Shown here one piece after another: positions 18,591-27,040 of a stretch of DNA of 64,000 nt (position 1 is the stretch's first letter; every line of letters begins with the position of its first letter). Source of the DNA: a virus. The stretch spans positions 64,001 to 128,000 of IMG/VR virus record IMGVR_UViG_3300046167_000921; one strand, given 5' to 3'. The position numbers were made by a program, and so were the translations under genes. The notes beneath the pieces were generated by a model. The model made no database searches. It had not been told where the DNA came from and was given only the letters and a program-made list of their open reading frames with translations.

Positions 18591-20046
18591 GGTATCTTCT
18601 AGTGATTTGGGAGGCTGACTTTTTCTTAGCTTCTTCATTTAGTTTACGGACGAAGTCCTTTGAGTTACGTTCGATGTCGCGGATCATATTTTTCACCTCT
18701 TTCATATAGCCTTTTTGATCAAACACCCCTTTTTCGTCTATGAACTTACCTATGGCTTTAGCTTCATCTTTACCGAATACGTTAAATACCGAACTGAGAG
18801 CTTCTTCAAGAACTTTCTCAGGGTCTACCTTAGCCCCCACCCTAACTCGGTCGAGTTCATTAAGCTGGAATAGGTTAGCGAATATTTCGGGGACTGTGAG
18901 TACAGCCCAAGCTCCGCCCGCCACCGCTTTCCCTGAAGCCGAGAGACCTGCATACATTAAGCCTGTCATGGTACTTACTCCAAACCTAGCCGTCTGATCT
19001 AAAAGAGATTTAGAAGCCTCCCCTAATGCTTCCATAGCCCCCTTTTTGGCTTTGACTAGACATTCCGACACCTTATGCTCCTCCCCCTTCTTCAACCGCC
19101 CTTTGAACATCTCTCCGACCGCGTAAGAAATATTCTCCTTCATACTATTAGTATTTTCTTCCGTGGGGTTGGCAAACTCACTGAAACCTTTAGAGAATGC
19201 TACTGAGGGCTTAGGTATCTTTCTTGAGAGATTTTTGGTCACATCTTTCAGTATGTCTAACGGAAAATGGATAACCTTCCCGACCAAGTTCTTACGAGTA
19301 TCGAAGACCTTGCGGTACTTTTTATCGTTCATGTCCATTTTTTTGTCGAGCCAAGTCTCAGTCGTTTTGTTTTTCTCTTCTTTATCCCGCTTCTTCAGGA
19401 AAGACTTTGCTTTGTCATGAAAGGGGCTATCAGGATCAGAGGCGTAACTCTTTACCGTAGACAGAGAAAGCTTTCGCCCTTGAAATCGAACTTTATCCGC
19501 ACCCGCATTACCCACAATAGAGGAGGCCATGACCTGTCTCCCTTCGGGAGTTATTTCTCGATCAATCATAAGTGCTGGTCGGCGTACAAGAAAGTTAGGC
19601 CACTTCTCAAACCATTTCGAATAGAACTCGTCCTCACACACCTCCCTTATCGTCTTGTCTGGATTAGGGATATTAGGATCTGCGATATGTACGATGTAAT
19701 TGCCTTTTTCACCTGTCACATCAAAGATGAGACTAGCGTGACTCCAATCCCTTCCTTCAGGATTCCATGCGATAAGAACAGGCTTTCCTTGGTCTGTCCA
19801 TTCTTTAACTTGGGTGAGTGTCGCAGGGGTAGTGAGCGTAGCTCTGCACCCAAAGTATTGAGCACAAGCTAATACTTCTTCCCACCTAGACCCTTGCATC
19901 GGTTTTGCACCTATGATTTCATTGACCTGCTCTTCTGTACATTTAACACCGAGTGCGTTCAGTGCCATGCAAGTAGAGGTCGAGACACAAGTGAATTGAG
20001 TCATCTGTCGGATTGGTGTTACGTTCGCTCTCGCGGATCTTCTCAT
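18568..20046 (-). CDS. Peptidase C39-like domain protein with long C-terminal region
   Basis: Papain-like Q...C...H...D: RQMTQFTCVST...WSHASLI...HIADPN. Confidence 0.75.
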   Translation of the reverse strand: MRRSARANVTPIRQMTQFTCVSTSTCMALNALGVKCTEEQVNEIIGAKPMQGSRWEEVLACAQYFGCRATLTTPATLTQVKEWTDQGKPVLIAWNPEGRDWSHASLIFDVTGEKGNYIVHIADPNIPNPDKTIREVCEDEFYSKWFEKWPNFLVRRPALMIDREITPEGRQVMASSIVGNAGADKVRFQGRKLSLSTVKSYASDPDSPFHDKAKSFLKKRDKEEKNKTTETWLDKKMDMNDKKYRKVFDTRKNLVGKVIHFPLDILKDVTKNLSRKIPKPSVAFSKGFSEFANPTEENTNSMKENISYAVGEMFKGRLKKGEEHKVSECLVKAKKGAMEALGEASKSLLDQTARFGVSTMTGLMYAGLSASGKAVAGGAWAVLTVPEIFANLFQLNELDRVRVGAKVDPEKVLEEALSSVFNVFGKDEAKAIGKFIDEKGVFDQKGYMKEVKNMIRDIERNSKDFVRKLNEEAKKKSASQITRRYLSGQYLR

Positions 20047-20083
20047 AATACGCTCCCTTTTTATTTATTACGAAGAGGCGACT

Positions 20084-20095
20084 ATAAGTAAATTA
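20084..20095 (-). promoter_or_regulatory. Putative late promoter TAA-N6-TAT
   Basis: TAA-TTTACT-TAT, about 37 nt upstream of ATG 20046. Confidence 0.5.
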
Positions 20096-20629
20096 TTAGA
20101 AAGGCGTATGGCTCAACACAGGATCTGGGTAGCTTTTTAAGAAGCGTGCAAAGTGGACTTGTGACACTCTAAGATTGAATATAGGGATATTACATAGATG
20201 TGCGGCACGAACCGCATACCTTGTGCCTCCTGACTCTTTCCCTACCATCAGAGGATCTCCCTCACAGTAGAAGACAACAAACTTAACAGGGTCTAACCTG
20301 TCAGGGTCGTCCCCGAAGATCTGGTACATATTCCTTATGATCAGAGATCGGGTGTAAGGCTTCATCCTGTTAAGAGGATACTCCCAGCATACCTCTTTAG
20401 CCTTTTCGACAGCCCATTCATGTTCTAGTATGTCTCTGGATCTTGAGAGCCATATCTGCTTTGAACCTTTTTCAATATCACACCCTGCCTCAAAAGCGGA
20501 GTCTGCTCCTTTAGCTCCCCCAGACCTCAAGACGAGTCCTTGACGAGAGCAAGCCCTCCCAATCTTCTGCATCATCTTGAGGCAGGTGTCGGGTGTGTTC
20601 CTATTTCCGATACCTGCGTAATAACTCAT
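20096..20629 (-). CDS. SLOG-superfamily (DprA/YpsA-like) protein
   Basis: YAGIGNRNTP, LRSGGAKGADSAFE, GGTRYAV. Confidence 0.8.
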   Translation of the reverse strand: MSYYAGIGNRNTPDTCLKMMQKIGRACSRQGLVLRSGGAKGADSAFEAGCDIEKGSKQIWLSRSRDILEHEWAVEKAKEVCWEYPLNRMKPYTRSLIIRNMYQIFGDDPDRLDPVKFVVFYCEGDPLMVGKESGGTRYAVRAAHLCNIPIFNLRVSQVHFARFLKSYPDPVLSHTPF

Positions 20630-20642
20630 TTTACAAGTCCTT

Positions 20643-20686
20643 AAAAAAGAAGACCCCCCAACACCACAAAAGGTGAAGGGGGGTCT
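20643..20686 (-). terminator. Intrinsic terminator after SSB-like gene
   Basis: AAGACCCCC/GGGGGTCTT stem followed on the minus strand by CTTTTTT. Confidence 0.65.
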
Positions 20687-20737
20687 TAAGTATCATCTGA
20701 AGGAGTCTAGGACTGTCCTTCGGACAGGAGACTCATC

Positions 20738-21496
20738 TTACTTGATGAGGTCGTCCAAGAGGTCTTCGGCTTCGAAGTTAGCTGTAAAACCACTTGCTGA
20801 AGCAGTAGGTGACCCGACAGAGTTGCTAGAACTCTGTGCGAACTTCTCAACAAGCTCATCATATGTGAAGACATTGACGAGGCTGTTGATAGATTCCTCA
20901 GCGAATTGCCCTCGTCTCACGATCTCGTTAAATACTTCAGGCTTGGTCTGCGATAGAACCCTCAAGAGACTCTCCTTGCGTGGGGTGAATGTCATCTGAT
21001 GCATGTCATTCGTCACGCTGATCTGAAGATCATGCTGAGAGAAGGGGTAGTCATGGACGAGTGCTTGAAGTTGCTGGAGCTTTGACTTCGTAAAGCCGTA
21101 GGTCTTGACTTGGAATTCTCCGTTTGAGAGGCGGTTCTTATCAACCTGACCCTTGTGGTCCAAAGGCCACAACACAAGTGTGGTGTATGCCTTGGTTTGA
21201 GCCTTCGCGGGTGATCCGTCGCGATTAGCGGGAATCCCCGGAATTGAAGCGAAGCGTGGCTCTTTGACGAGGAACTTCCCAACCCCACGACCACCCCACA
21301 TTGAAGTGAGTGCAGTCATATTTGGATTTGTGGGAACTTCATCATTCTCAAATTGAAGAGATCCCTCTTTGAGGCCTGGGAGTGAGATGAAAGAAACTCG
21401 GTACTGATCACCCTTCTTGGGCTTAAGCTCTGTTCCTTCGGTGTCTAGTGCGGGGGGCGTTTCTTTGCCGAGTGTAAACTCTGTGAATTCTGACAT
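20738..21496 (-). CDS. Probable single-stranded DNA-binding protein (gp32-like)
   Basis: Beta-rich, aromatic-rich core, Ser/Ala linker, acidic-hydrophobic tail EAEDLLDDLIK. Confidence 0.55.
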   Translation of the reverse strand: MSEFTEFTLGKETPPALDTEGTELKPKKGDQYRVSFISLPGLKEGSLQFENDEVPTNPNMTALTSMWGGRGVGKFLVKEPRFASIPGIPANRDGSPAKAQTKAYTTLVLWPLDHKGQVDKNRLSNGEFQVKTYGFTKSKLQQLQALVHDYPFSQHDLQISVTNDMHQMTFTPRKESLLRVLSQTKPEVFNEIVRRGQFAEESINSLVNVFTYDELVEKFAQSSSNSVGSPTASASGFTANFEAEDLLDDLIK

Positions 21497-21602
21497 CAGA
21501 AATTCTCCTTGTATATGATAGAAATGAGCTCAGTGATGTTCAGACCATTCTGACTTCCATGTCGCTCAAGTTACTTATACAAAAGAAGACCGTTCCCACA
21601 AA

Positions 21603-21887
21603 TTATTTTCCACCTAGCCGAAAACTTATCTCTTCTTCACATATGAGAGCCAGCACCTCAATCAGAACATCCTTAAGAGTGGGGTACTTGACGACCTCGT
21701 TCAAAAACCACAGGTCTCCCTGTTTCTTCAAGTATAGGTCTTGACCACCGTGAGTTCTAATAGAAATCTTAGTGGGTGATCTAGACACCTTGACTCGTAG
21801 GGAAGTTTCGATGCTACCTCTAGGGATTGTACCTATGTCAGAGGCAAACAAACTTTTAACAATATCGAATGCCTCTGGAATAGTCAC
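21603..21887 (-). CDS. Hypothetical protein
   Basis: 94 aa, 3 nt after upstream stop. Confidence 0.6.
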   Translation of the reverse strand: MTIPEAFDIVKSLFASDIGTIPRGSIETSLRVKVSRSPTKISIRTHGGQDLYLKKQGDLWFLNEVVKYPTLKDVLIEVLALICEEEISFRLGGK

Positions 21888-21890
21888 AGT

Positions 21891-22478
21891 CTACCTTACT
21901 TTCTTGTCTAGGCTAATATTAAGGTCATATTCCTTGCCTACAAACCAGCCAATAACAAACATCACTACTCCATAGAGGAGACTTCCGAGTAGGCCAGCTT
22001 CCTTATCGTGCGATGCAGATTTTCTAACCCCTATCACCTTAAACAGGTATTTGAGTACACAGCCTAGTATGAAGGTCGCTAGGCGAATGATATTTTTTCC
22101 AAGGAAGAAAATAAGTCCTGCATTTTTGCGGAGAGAGGCTCTACGGACAAGAGGGTTGTCGAGGACGATCTCTGGATTCTTCTTTGCTTTGATCAAGAAC
22201 TCCACCTGCTTGATAGGATTAGGGCCTACCTGAGCACTGAGCTCTTTCATAGCCTGCTCGTATTCGCGTGTCTTTGACACCTTTATGTAACTCTGGGCTA
22301 TTTTTTTAGGAGACCCTGCTCTTTTGAACGTTGAGGCGACATCCCGTTGCACACGCTTGAAGATTTCGATCTTCTCTTTGATCTTCTCTTTCACATCGGA
22401 GAGAAATGCTTGCCTCTCAAGTTGAGCGATCCTATTTTCAAGAACGGCGATTTTCTGTGATGCTGTTAGTTGTCTCAT
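21891..22478 (-). CDS. Hypothetical protein with coiled leader and two hydrophobic segments
   Basis: Start moved to MRQLTAS (AAGGG RBS). Five [KR]xA[SG] motifs. Confidence 0.7.
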   Translation of the reverse strand: MRQLTASQKIAVLENRIAQLERQAFLSDVKEKIKEKIEIFKRVQRDVASTFKRAGSPKKIAQSYIKVSKTREYEQAMKELSAQVGPNPIKQVEFLIKAKKNPEIVLDNPLVRRASLRKNAGLIFFLGKNIIRLATFILGCVLKYLFKVIGVRKSASHDKEAGLLGSLLYGVVMFVIGWFVGKEYDLNISLDKKVR

Positions 22479-22517
22479 GCTGTTACCCTTTCTTAGGTTC
22501 ACATGAGAGGGGGGGGT

Positions 22518-22529
22518 ATAAAAGAACGA
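22518..22529 (-). promoter_or_regulatory. Putative late promoter variant TCG-N6-TAT
   Basis: TCG-TTCTTT-TAT, 40 nt upstream of ATG 22478, followed by a C8 tract. Confidence 0.45.
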
Positions 22530-23072
22530 TTACATTTCTTCGATCTCTTGCCTGAAGTCATCAGCCCAGTCTTCAATGTCCTTTCCAAAGGTCTTTAAGA
22601 GACGGCGGCCGTCAGGAGATGAAGAGAAGAGTTTCCAGCCCAGATTACTTTTAATGCGACCTGCGTCCAAGTAAGCTTTAAGTTTTTTAACGTCAAGCTT
22701 GTCTCCTTGCTTTCGCAGAGAGATCAAGATAACGGGGTTCTTTGGGGTCTCTGGGATTTTCCTGAAGATTATGGAGAGACAGAATTTATTGTGTCTGAAG
22801 TCTACCACATAATCAAAGATCTCTACCCTAGACCCTTTTCTGCGACCTGCGAAGTTAGAGAACACAGAGTAATACTTCATCAAATGGGTAGAAAACGTGT
22901 CTCCTACCTGATCTGTAGGGTCATCAAAAGTCTCTTCGAAATCTCTTTCGTAAGGTTCCGCTTGTTCGTCAAGCCAATCTTGGAATCCTTCTTCGATACT
23001 TGTTATAAGAGTCTCAGATATGCTGTCCGCAACTCGCTTCGATTTGCCGAACAAGTTTCTTATGTACTTCAT
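22530..23072 (-). CDS. Hypothetical protein
   Basis: 180 aa ORF with purine-rich RBS. Confidence 0.65.
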   Translation of the reverse strand: MKYIRNLFGKSKRVADSISETLITSIEEGFQDWLDEQAEPYERDFEETFDDPTDQVGDTFSTHLMKYYSVFSNFAGRRKGSRVEIFDYVVDFRHNKFCLSIIFRKIPETPKNPVILISLRKQGDKLDVKKLKAYLDAGRIKSNLGWKLFSSSPDGRRLLKTFGKDIEDWADDFRQEIEEM

Positions 23073-23131
23073 AGGTGGTTGCCTTTCATCGTTGGTATGA
23101 ATTAATATTAACTAACTATAAGGAGTCTAAT

Positions 23132-23701
23132 GTGAGAGTTGTTGTTGAGGGGTTGATTGGTGTAGGTAAGTCCACGTTTACAACAGAAGCGAGTAGGATT
23201 CTCCAGCTTCAAGCTCAATATGAGTCTGTGGATGATAATCCTTTCTTAAGCAAGTTCTATGAAGACACCCACAGATGGGGCTACACTCTTCAGATGCACT
23301 TCTTATATGACAGACTAGATAAGCACATGACTAAGGACATGATATTAGACAGATCTATCTGGGGAGATCTCTGTTTCGCCAATATCCTGTTTCAAGATGG
23401 AATACTTACCGAAGATGAGCATCAATCCTATATCAAGCATTTTCAGATCGCTCAGGCGTTTGTGCCTCATGTAGATTATTGCATACATCTTCATATTGAA
23501 GTTGAAGAAGCACAAAAAAGAATAGCCAAGAGGGGTCGTGACTTTGAGTCTGGGATCACTGCTGACTATTTACATAAGTTACAGGATCAACTCGATCAGT
23601 TACCCTCTTGGCTACCCAAGAGTACTCAATATATTAGAGTTGATTGGGAAGATATGACTCTCCCTGAGATGAGGAAGAAGATTGAATCAATCCCTATTTG
23701 A
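23132..23701 (+). CDS. Deoxynucleoside kinase
   Basis: GTG start with AAGGAG RBS. VEGLIGVGKST, DRSIWGD, lid RIAKRGRDFE. Confidence 0.92.
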   Translation: MRVVVEGLIGVGKSTFTTEASRILQLQAQYESVDDNPFLSKFYEDTHRWGYTLQMHFLYDRLDKHMTKDMILDRSIWGDLCFANILFQDGILTEDEHQSYIKHFQIAQAFVPHVDYCIHLHIEVEEAQKRIAKRGRDFESGITADYLHKLQDQLDQLPSWLPKSTQYIRVDWEDMTLPEMRKKIESIPI

Positions 23702-24218
23702 AAGTAAGGATACTTACGCCATCTTCACGATGGGTAGAGGGTCTTGAACTTTCCCATAGCTTCGGGTTACGAATGTCCAAGAAAGAAGCTCCGTTTCGAG
23801 AAAGTTCCGCTGAAGTGTCAGGCAGAGCATTAAGCCTTTTTTGAAGCTGTGCAGGCTCGTTAGACCACCCTCCGATTACCTTCAAGGTAACTCCATCACG
23901 ACTCGGCTTCACAATGGTTTTCACGCTAGATGGGTAGGTGCCTTCTACTAGACTCGCCACGACAAGGGCAGACCAAAAAGCGTTTGTATTCTTGTCGTTA
24001 ACGGTGTGTACGAAAGAACTCGATCCGTCATCTTCTTTGATGACGATTAATTTTGAGGGGTTGACTGTCAACAAGACGTAGTGATCTCCTGCAAAAACAA
24101 TGTCCTCCTGCCACTCGATCTCGCCGTCCCAACCGTACTTTTCGTGAAGTTGATCTTCTACCCTTGGGTCTAGTTCCCCATGTTCTGTGTATCTCGTTCT
24201 TTTTGCTGTATTTTTCAT
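23694..24218 (-). CDS. Hypothetical protein
   Basis: Start moved to MKNTAK (AAGGG RBS, just after upstream stop). Confidence 0.6.
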   Translation of the reverse strand: MKNTAKRTRYTEHGELDPRVEDQLHEKYGWDGEIEWQEDIVFAGDHYVLLTVNPSKLIVIKEDDGSSSFVHTVNDKNTNAFWSALVVASLVEGTYPSSVKTIVKPSRDGVTLKVIGGWSNEPAQLQKRLNALPDTSAELSRNGASFLDIRNPKLWESSRPSTHREDGVSILTFK

Positions 24219-24225
24219 ATTTCCC

Positions 24226-24942
24226 TTAGTTGGGTGCCGACCCGAAGAACAGGTAGCCTTTGACTTTCCCAACCTTAACTTGATTGCGAACACCTTTTAC
24301 AGTGTATGTAGGCAACTTCGACGATTCCTGATAAGAGATCGACCCAAATTCTTGTACTTTTTTGATATTATACTCTTTCCCTGGCACAGTGTTTCGGCTG
24401 TTGGGGTTAGAGAGGTAGACACTGAGAGCCTCCGTCGCTTCCTTCAACGTGGGGTACTTTTCGCCGTTAGGGAAAGTGTAGTAAAAAGAACCTTTTGACT
24501 TTGTGCGAGTTAGATTCCTCTTACCTGCTTCAGCAGTTTTATTAATCGAGTTAATCTTGACCTCGACGGTCGTACCTTGCCTCTTTCGCCCGCCCCTCAT
24601 CTTCGCAAGTATGAGATCTGTGGCTTCGCCTCTATCTCTTGCTTTTACTGTGACTTCAAACTCCTTTGAAGCCACAACCTTCTCTTCGCCGTAGGCAATT
24701 GCCCCTGCGTAATCCCATTTGCCATATTTATACGGCGGTCGGCTCATCGCTTCATTAGCCATGTTGTGAGCTTGTCTTTGTGTGACGACTTCTTTGGTAT
24801 GCATTACGAAGCCATCTTTTAGGCCGATGTGACCTCCATAGGGACTATTGCCATAGTAACTTTTTGCGTCCCTTACTAGCTCCTTGAAGACCACACTCGC
24901 GTTTGACCCTCGACCCTCATCTACGAAATCTGTTGATCCCAT
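24226..24942 (-). CDS. Hypothetical protein
   Basis: Start moved to MGSTDF (AAGGAG RBS). Promoter-like TAG-TTTTTT-GAT at 24986-24997. Confidence 0.65.
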   Translation of the reverse strand: MGSTDFVDEGRGSNASVVFKELVRDAKSYYGNSPYGGHIGLKDGFVMHTKEVVTQRQAHNMANEAMSRPPYKYGKWDYAGAIAYGEEKVVASKEFEVTVKARDRGEATDLILAKMRGGRKRQGTTVEVKINSINKTAEAGKRNLTRTKSKGSFYYTFPNGEKYPTLKEATEALSVYLSNPNSRNTVPGKEYNIKKVQEFGSISYQESSKLPTYTVKGVRNQVKVGKVKGYLFFGSAPN

Positions 24943-25009
24943 GTTCTCCTCTTTTCTGGTATTGATTTTATAGGTATTACCTATTATCAAAAAACTACAA
25001 GGGGACGAG

Positions 25010-26611
25010 TTAAATAAGGGAGACTTGACCTTTGAACTTGTTGTTTTCAGAGGCGTAAATAGCACAGCTCTTAGGGTCTACCTGTTCCCTCAAGTTAGCG
25101 GGGGAGGTTCGACCCTTGCGGATTGTAGTTGCTTGTCTTCTTAGTGCCTCTTCTGACCTCAGGGGCAAGCTGTCCATTGTATTTGGAGTTGCCCATATAG
25201 AGTCCTCTATATCTACGCCTCTCTCCTCAGCTTCAGCTTGTACTTGAAGCGGAGGTCTGAAGGTCTCTTTGCCTTGCTCTATTAGGCTCTTTTGTCTCTT
25301 AAGGTGGGCTTCTAAAGTCACCCCATTTTGCAGGGCTCGCGGAGTTGCCCATATAGAGTCCCCTATATCGACACCTCTCTCTTCAGCTTCGGCTTGTACT
25401 TGAAGAGTAGGTGCAAAGGTCTCCTTGCCCTGCTCTAAGCGACTTCTCATTCTTGATATGTAGTGCCGTAGGTTCTCACCCCTCTGTGAAGCTGGGGGAG
25501 TTGACCAATTCTGCCCACAGGTCGGTGAATGCTCTTCTTGCAGTATCTGGGACAACTCCATTTCCAAGCATTCTGAGCTCGTCCGTTCTATTGTCAAAGG
25601 ACTCGTACAGCTTGGCTGCACCCATCCTATCGGAAGCCCCATCAACGTCTCTACCCATCTCGGATTCAACTTCATTACGGCTGGATGTGAACCCTTCGCT
25701 TTTCTTCGAACCGTCTTCGTCAGAGTTATCTCTTTGTGATGTATTTCCTGCGTTGTTGGAGTTGGCCAATTCTTTTCTTGCATTGTCGCTTGGATCTGCA
25801 CCCCTAATGTCACCTGTTTGAGTACCCCGTTCTTCCGATAGGCTCTCCCCTCCCCTTTCCATGTTTCCCCCGCCTTCGTATATACTTCCTCCACCCCTAC
25901 TTCTGTCGTAGCTGGGCTTCTCCATAGTGACTCTTGGAGGCTCCCATGAGTATTGCTCTCTTCCTCTTGAGGAGGGGTATACAGAGCCACTTGTGTCTCG
26001 GTTTCGTTCAATGAGCTCATTGACCCATTCCAAGCTTTCTCTTTCGGTACCTCTTTTAATACCAAGTATGAAGACTCGTTTCCTCCTATGTGGAGCACCG
26101 ACTTCTCTCGCTGAGAATACCCCTGCCGTCGCCTCATAACCCACCCTTTCCAATTCTCGAAGCACATGGAGCAGAACCGATGCCCCTTTTGGGTCTGACC
26201 ATCCTTCAGAGCTGAGTTTTGCGGAGAGGATTCCTTCGACATTTTCAAGGAAAACAACGGAAGGTTGGCAAACTTTGACTCCTCTGAGGATGTGTGGGAA
26301 GAGGTGTCTAGGGTCGGAGTCTGCTTGTCTTCGTCCTGCGGCAGAAAAGGGCTGACAAGGGAAGCCTCCTGAGATGAGATCCACTCTTCCACGGAAGATT
26401 TCCCAATCGAGGGTTTTAAGATTCGTCCATACAGGTGCTGCCTCAATAAGCCCTTTTTCCATCTTCGAGACCAAGTTGCAGACTGCGAAGGCTTCGATCT
26501 CCACAAAAGTGACTGTTCTGATAGATCCGAGAGTTCTTTTGAGTCCAAGATCAATCCCTCCGTAGCCTGCACAGAGGGAGAGATGTTTAAGTTCTTTGGT
26601 ATCACCCACAT
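25010..26611 (-). CDS. Alternative-frame protein overlapping the C5-MTase, putative beta polypeptide with motif IX and W-x-T-P repeats
   Basis: 533 aa open frame whose ATG has the GGAG RBS. Contains NWPTP, WSTP, two WATP and KLNPRWVETLMGLPIGW. Confidence 0.65.
   Translation of the reverse strand: MWVIPKNLNISPSVQATEGLILDSKELSDLSEQSLLWRSKPSQSATWSRRWKKGLLRQHLYGRILKPSIGKSSVEEWISSQEASLVSPFLPQDEDKQTPTLDTSSHTSSEESKFANLPLFSLKMSKESSPQNSALKDGQTQKGHRFCSMCFENWKGWVMRRRQGYSQREKSVLHIGGNESSYLVLKEVPKEKAWNGSMSSLNETETQVALYTPPQEEESNTHGSLQESLWRSPATTEVGVEEVYTKAGETWKGEGRAYRKNGVLKQVTLGVQIQATMQEKNWPTPTTQEIHHKEITLTKTVRRKAKGSHPAVMKLNPRWVETLMGLPIGWVQPSCTSPLTIERTSSECLEMELSQILQEEHSPTCGQNWSTPPASQRGENLRHYISRMRSRLEQGKETFAPTLQVQAEAEERGVDIGDSIWATPRALQNGVTLEAHLKRQKSLIEQGKETFRPPLQVQAEAEERGVDIEDSIWATPNTMDSLPLRSEEALRRQATTIRKGRTSPANLREQVDPKSCAIYASENNKFKGQVSLI
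25185..25436. repeat. Imperfect direct repeat, two copies of about 96 bp, period 156 bp
   Basis: 25185-25280 and 25341-25436, encoding EQGKETFxPxLQVQAEAEERGVDIxDSIWATP twice. Confidence 0.9.
25476..26609 (-). CDS. DNA cytosine-5 methyltransferase (alpha polypeptide)
   Basis: LSLCAGYGG (I), GGFPCQPFS (IV), FLENV (VI), PHRRKRVFI (VIII), LRMLGNGVVP (X). GTG start. Confidence 0.92.
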   Translation of the reverse strand: MGDTKELKHLSLCAGYGGIDLGLKRTLGSIRTVTFVEIEAFAVCNLVSKMEKGLIEAAPVWTNLKTLDWEIFRGRVDLISGGFPCQPFSAAGRRQADSDPRHLFPHILRGVKVCQPSVVFLENVEGILSAKLSSEGWSDPKGASVLLHVLRELERVGYEATAGVFSAREVGAPHRRKRVFILGIKRGTERESLEWVNELIERNRDTSGSVYPSSRGREQYSWEPPRVTMEKPSYDRSRGGGSIYEGGGNMERGGESLSEERGTQTGDIRGADPSDNARKELANSNNAGNTSQRDNSDEDGSKKSEGFTSSRNEVESEMGRDVDGASDRMGAAKLYESFDNRTDELRMLGNGVVPDTARRAFTDLWAELVNSPSFTEG

Positions 26612-26738
26612 TGTTTCTCCAATGGCGATTAGTGTATTTCTTTATACCATCTCAAAAGAATTCCAACACGACCTCCAACGCCTCGAACCTAGGAGTGGCC
26701 TTTTTAATTATTTGGATTAGCTTTTTTTATGTCCCATG

Positions 26739-26993
26739 CTATCTTCCGATTGCTATCGTGCTGCCGTCCTCATCACGGATGATCCTCGCTCGGACTCTTC
26801 TTGTGAGTAGGTCATGCCTGCTGAGTACCATCCCTGTGAGGTCAGCCCCCTTAAGGTTCGATCCTTTGAGGTCTCTTTCCCCTGCCCTTATCTTCTCCAG
26901 AGGAGACTCAAACAGACCAAAGAGAGCTTCCTTCTCAAGGGAAGCTATTCTTAAATCAAGTTCTTGCAGGGTCTCTCTCGCTGTCTTTCTCAT
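26739..26993 (-). CDS. Short pentapeptide-repeat protein
   Basis: RDLKGSNLKGADLTG after leader RETLQELDLRIASLEKEA. Confidence 0.7.
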   Translation of the reverse strand: MRKTARETLQELDLRIASLEKEALFGLFESPLEKIRAGERDLKGSNLKGADLTGMVLSRHDLLTRRVRARIIRDEDGSTIAIGR

Positions 26994-27028
26994 GGTTCTC
27001 TCCTCTTAGTAGTAGGGAGAGGGGTTAG

Positions 27029-27040
27029 ATAAATAAACTA
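27029..27040 (-). promoter_or_regulatory. Putative late promoter TAG-N6-TAT
   Basis: TAG-TTTATT-TAT, 36 nt upstream of ATG 26993. The TAG is also the upstream stop codon. Confidence 0.5.
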
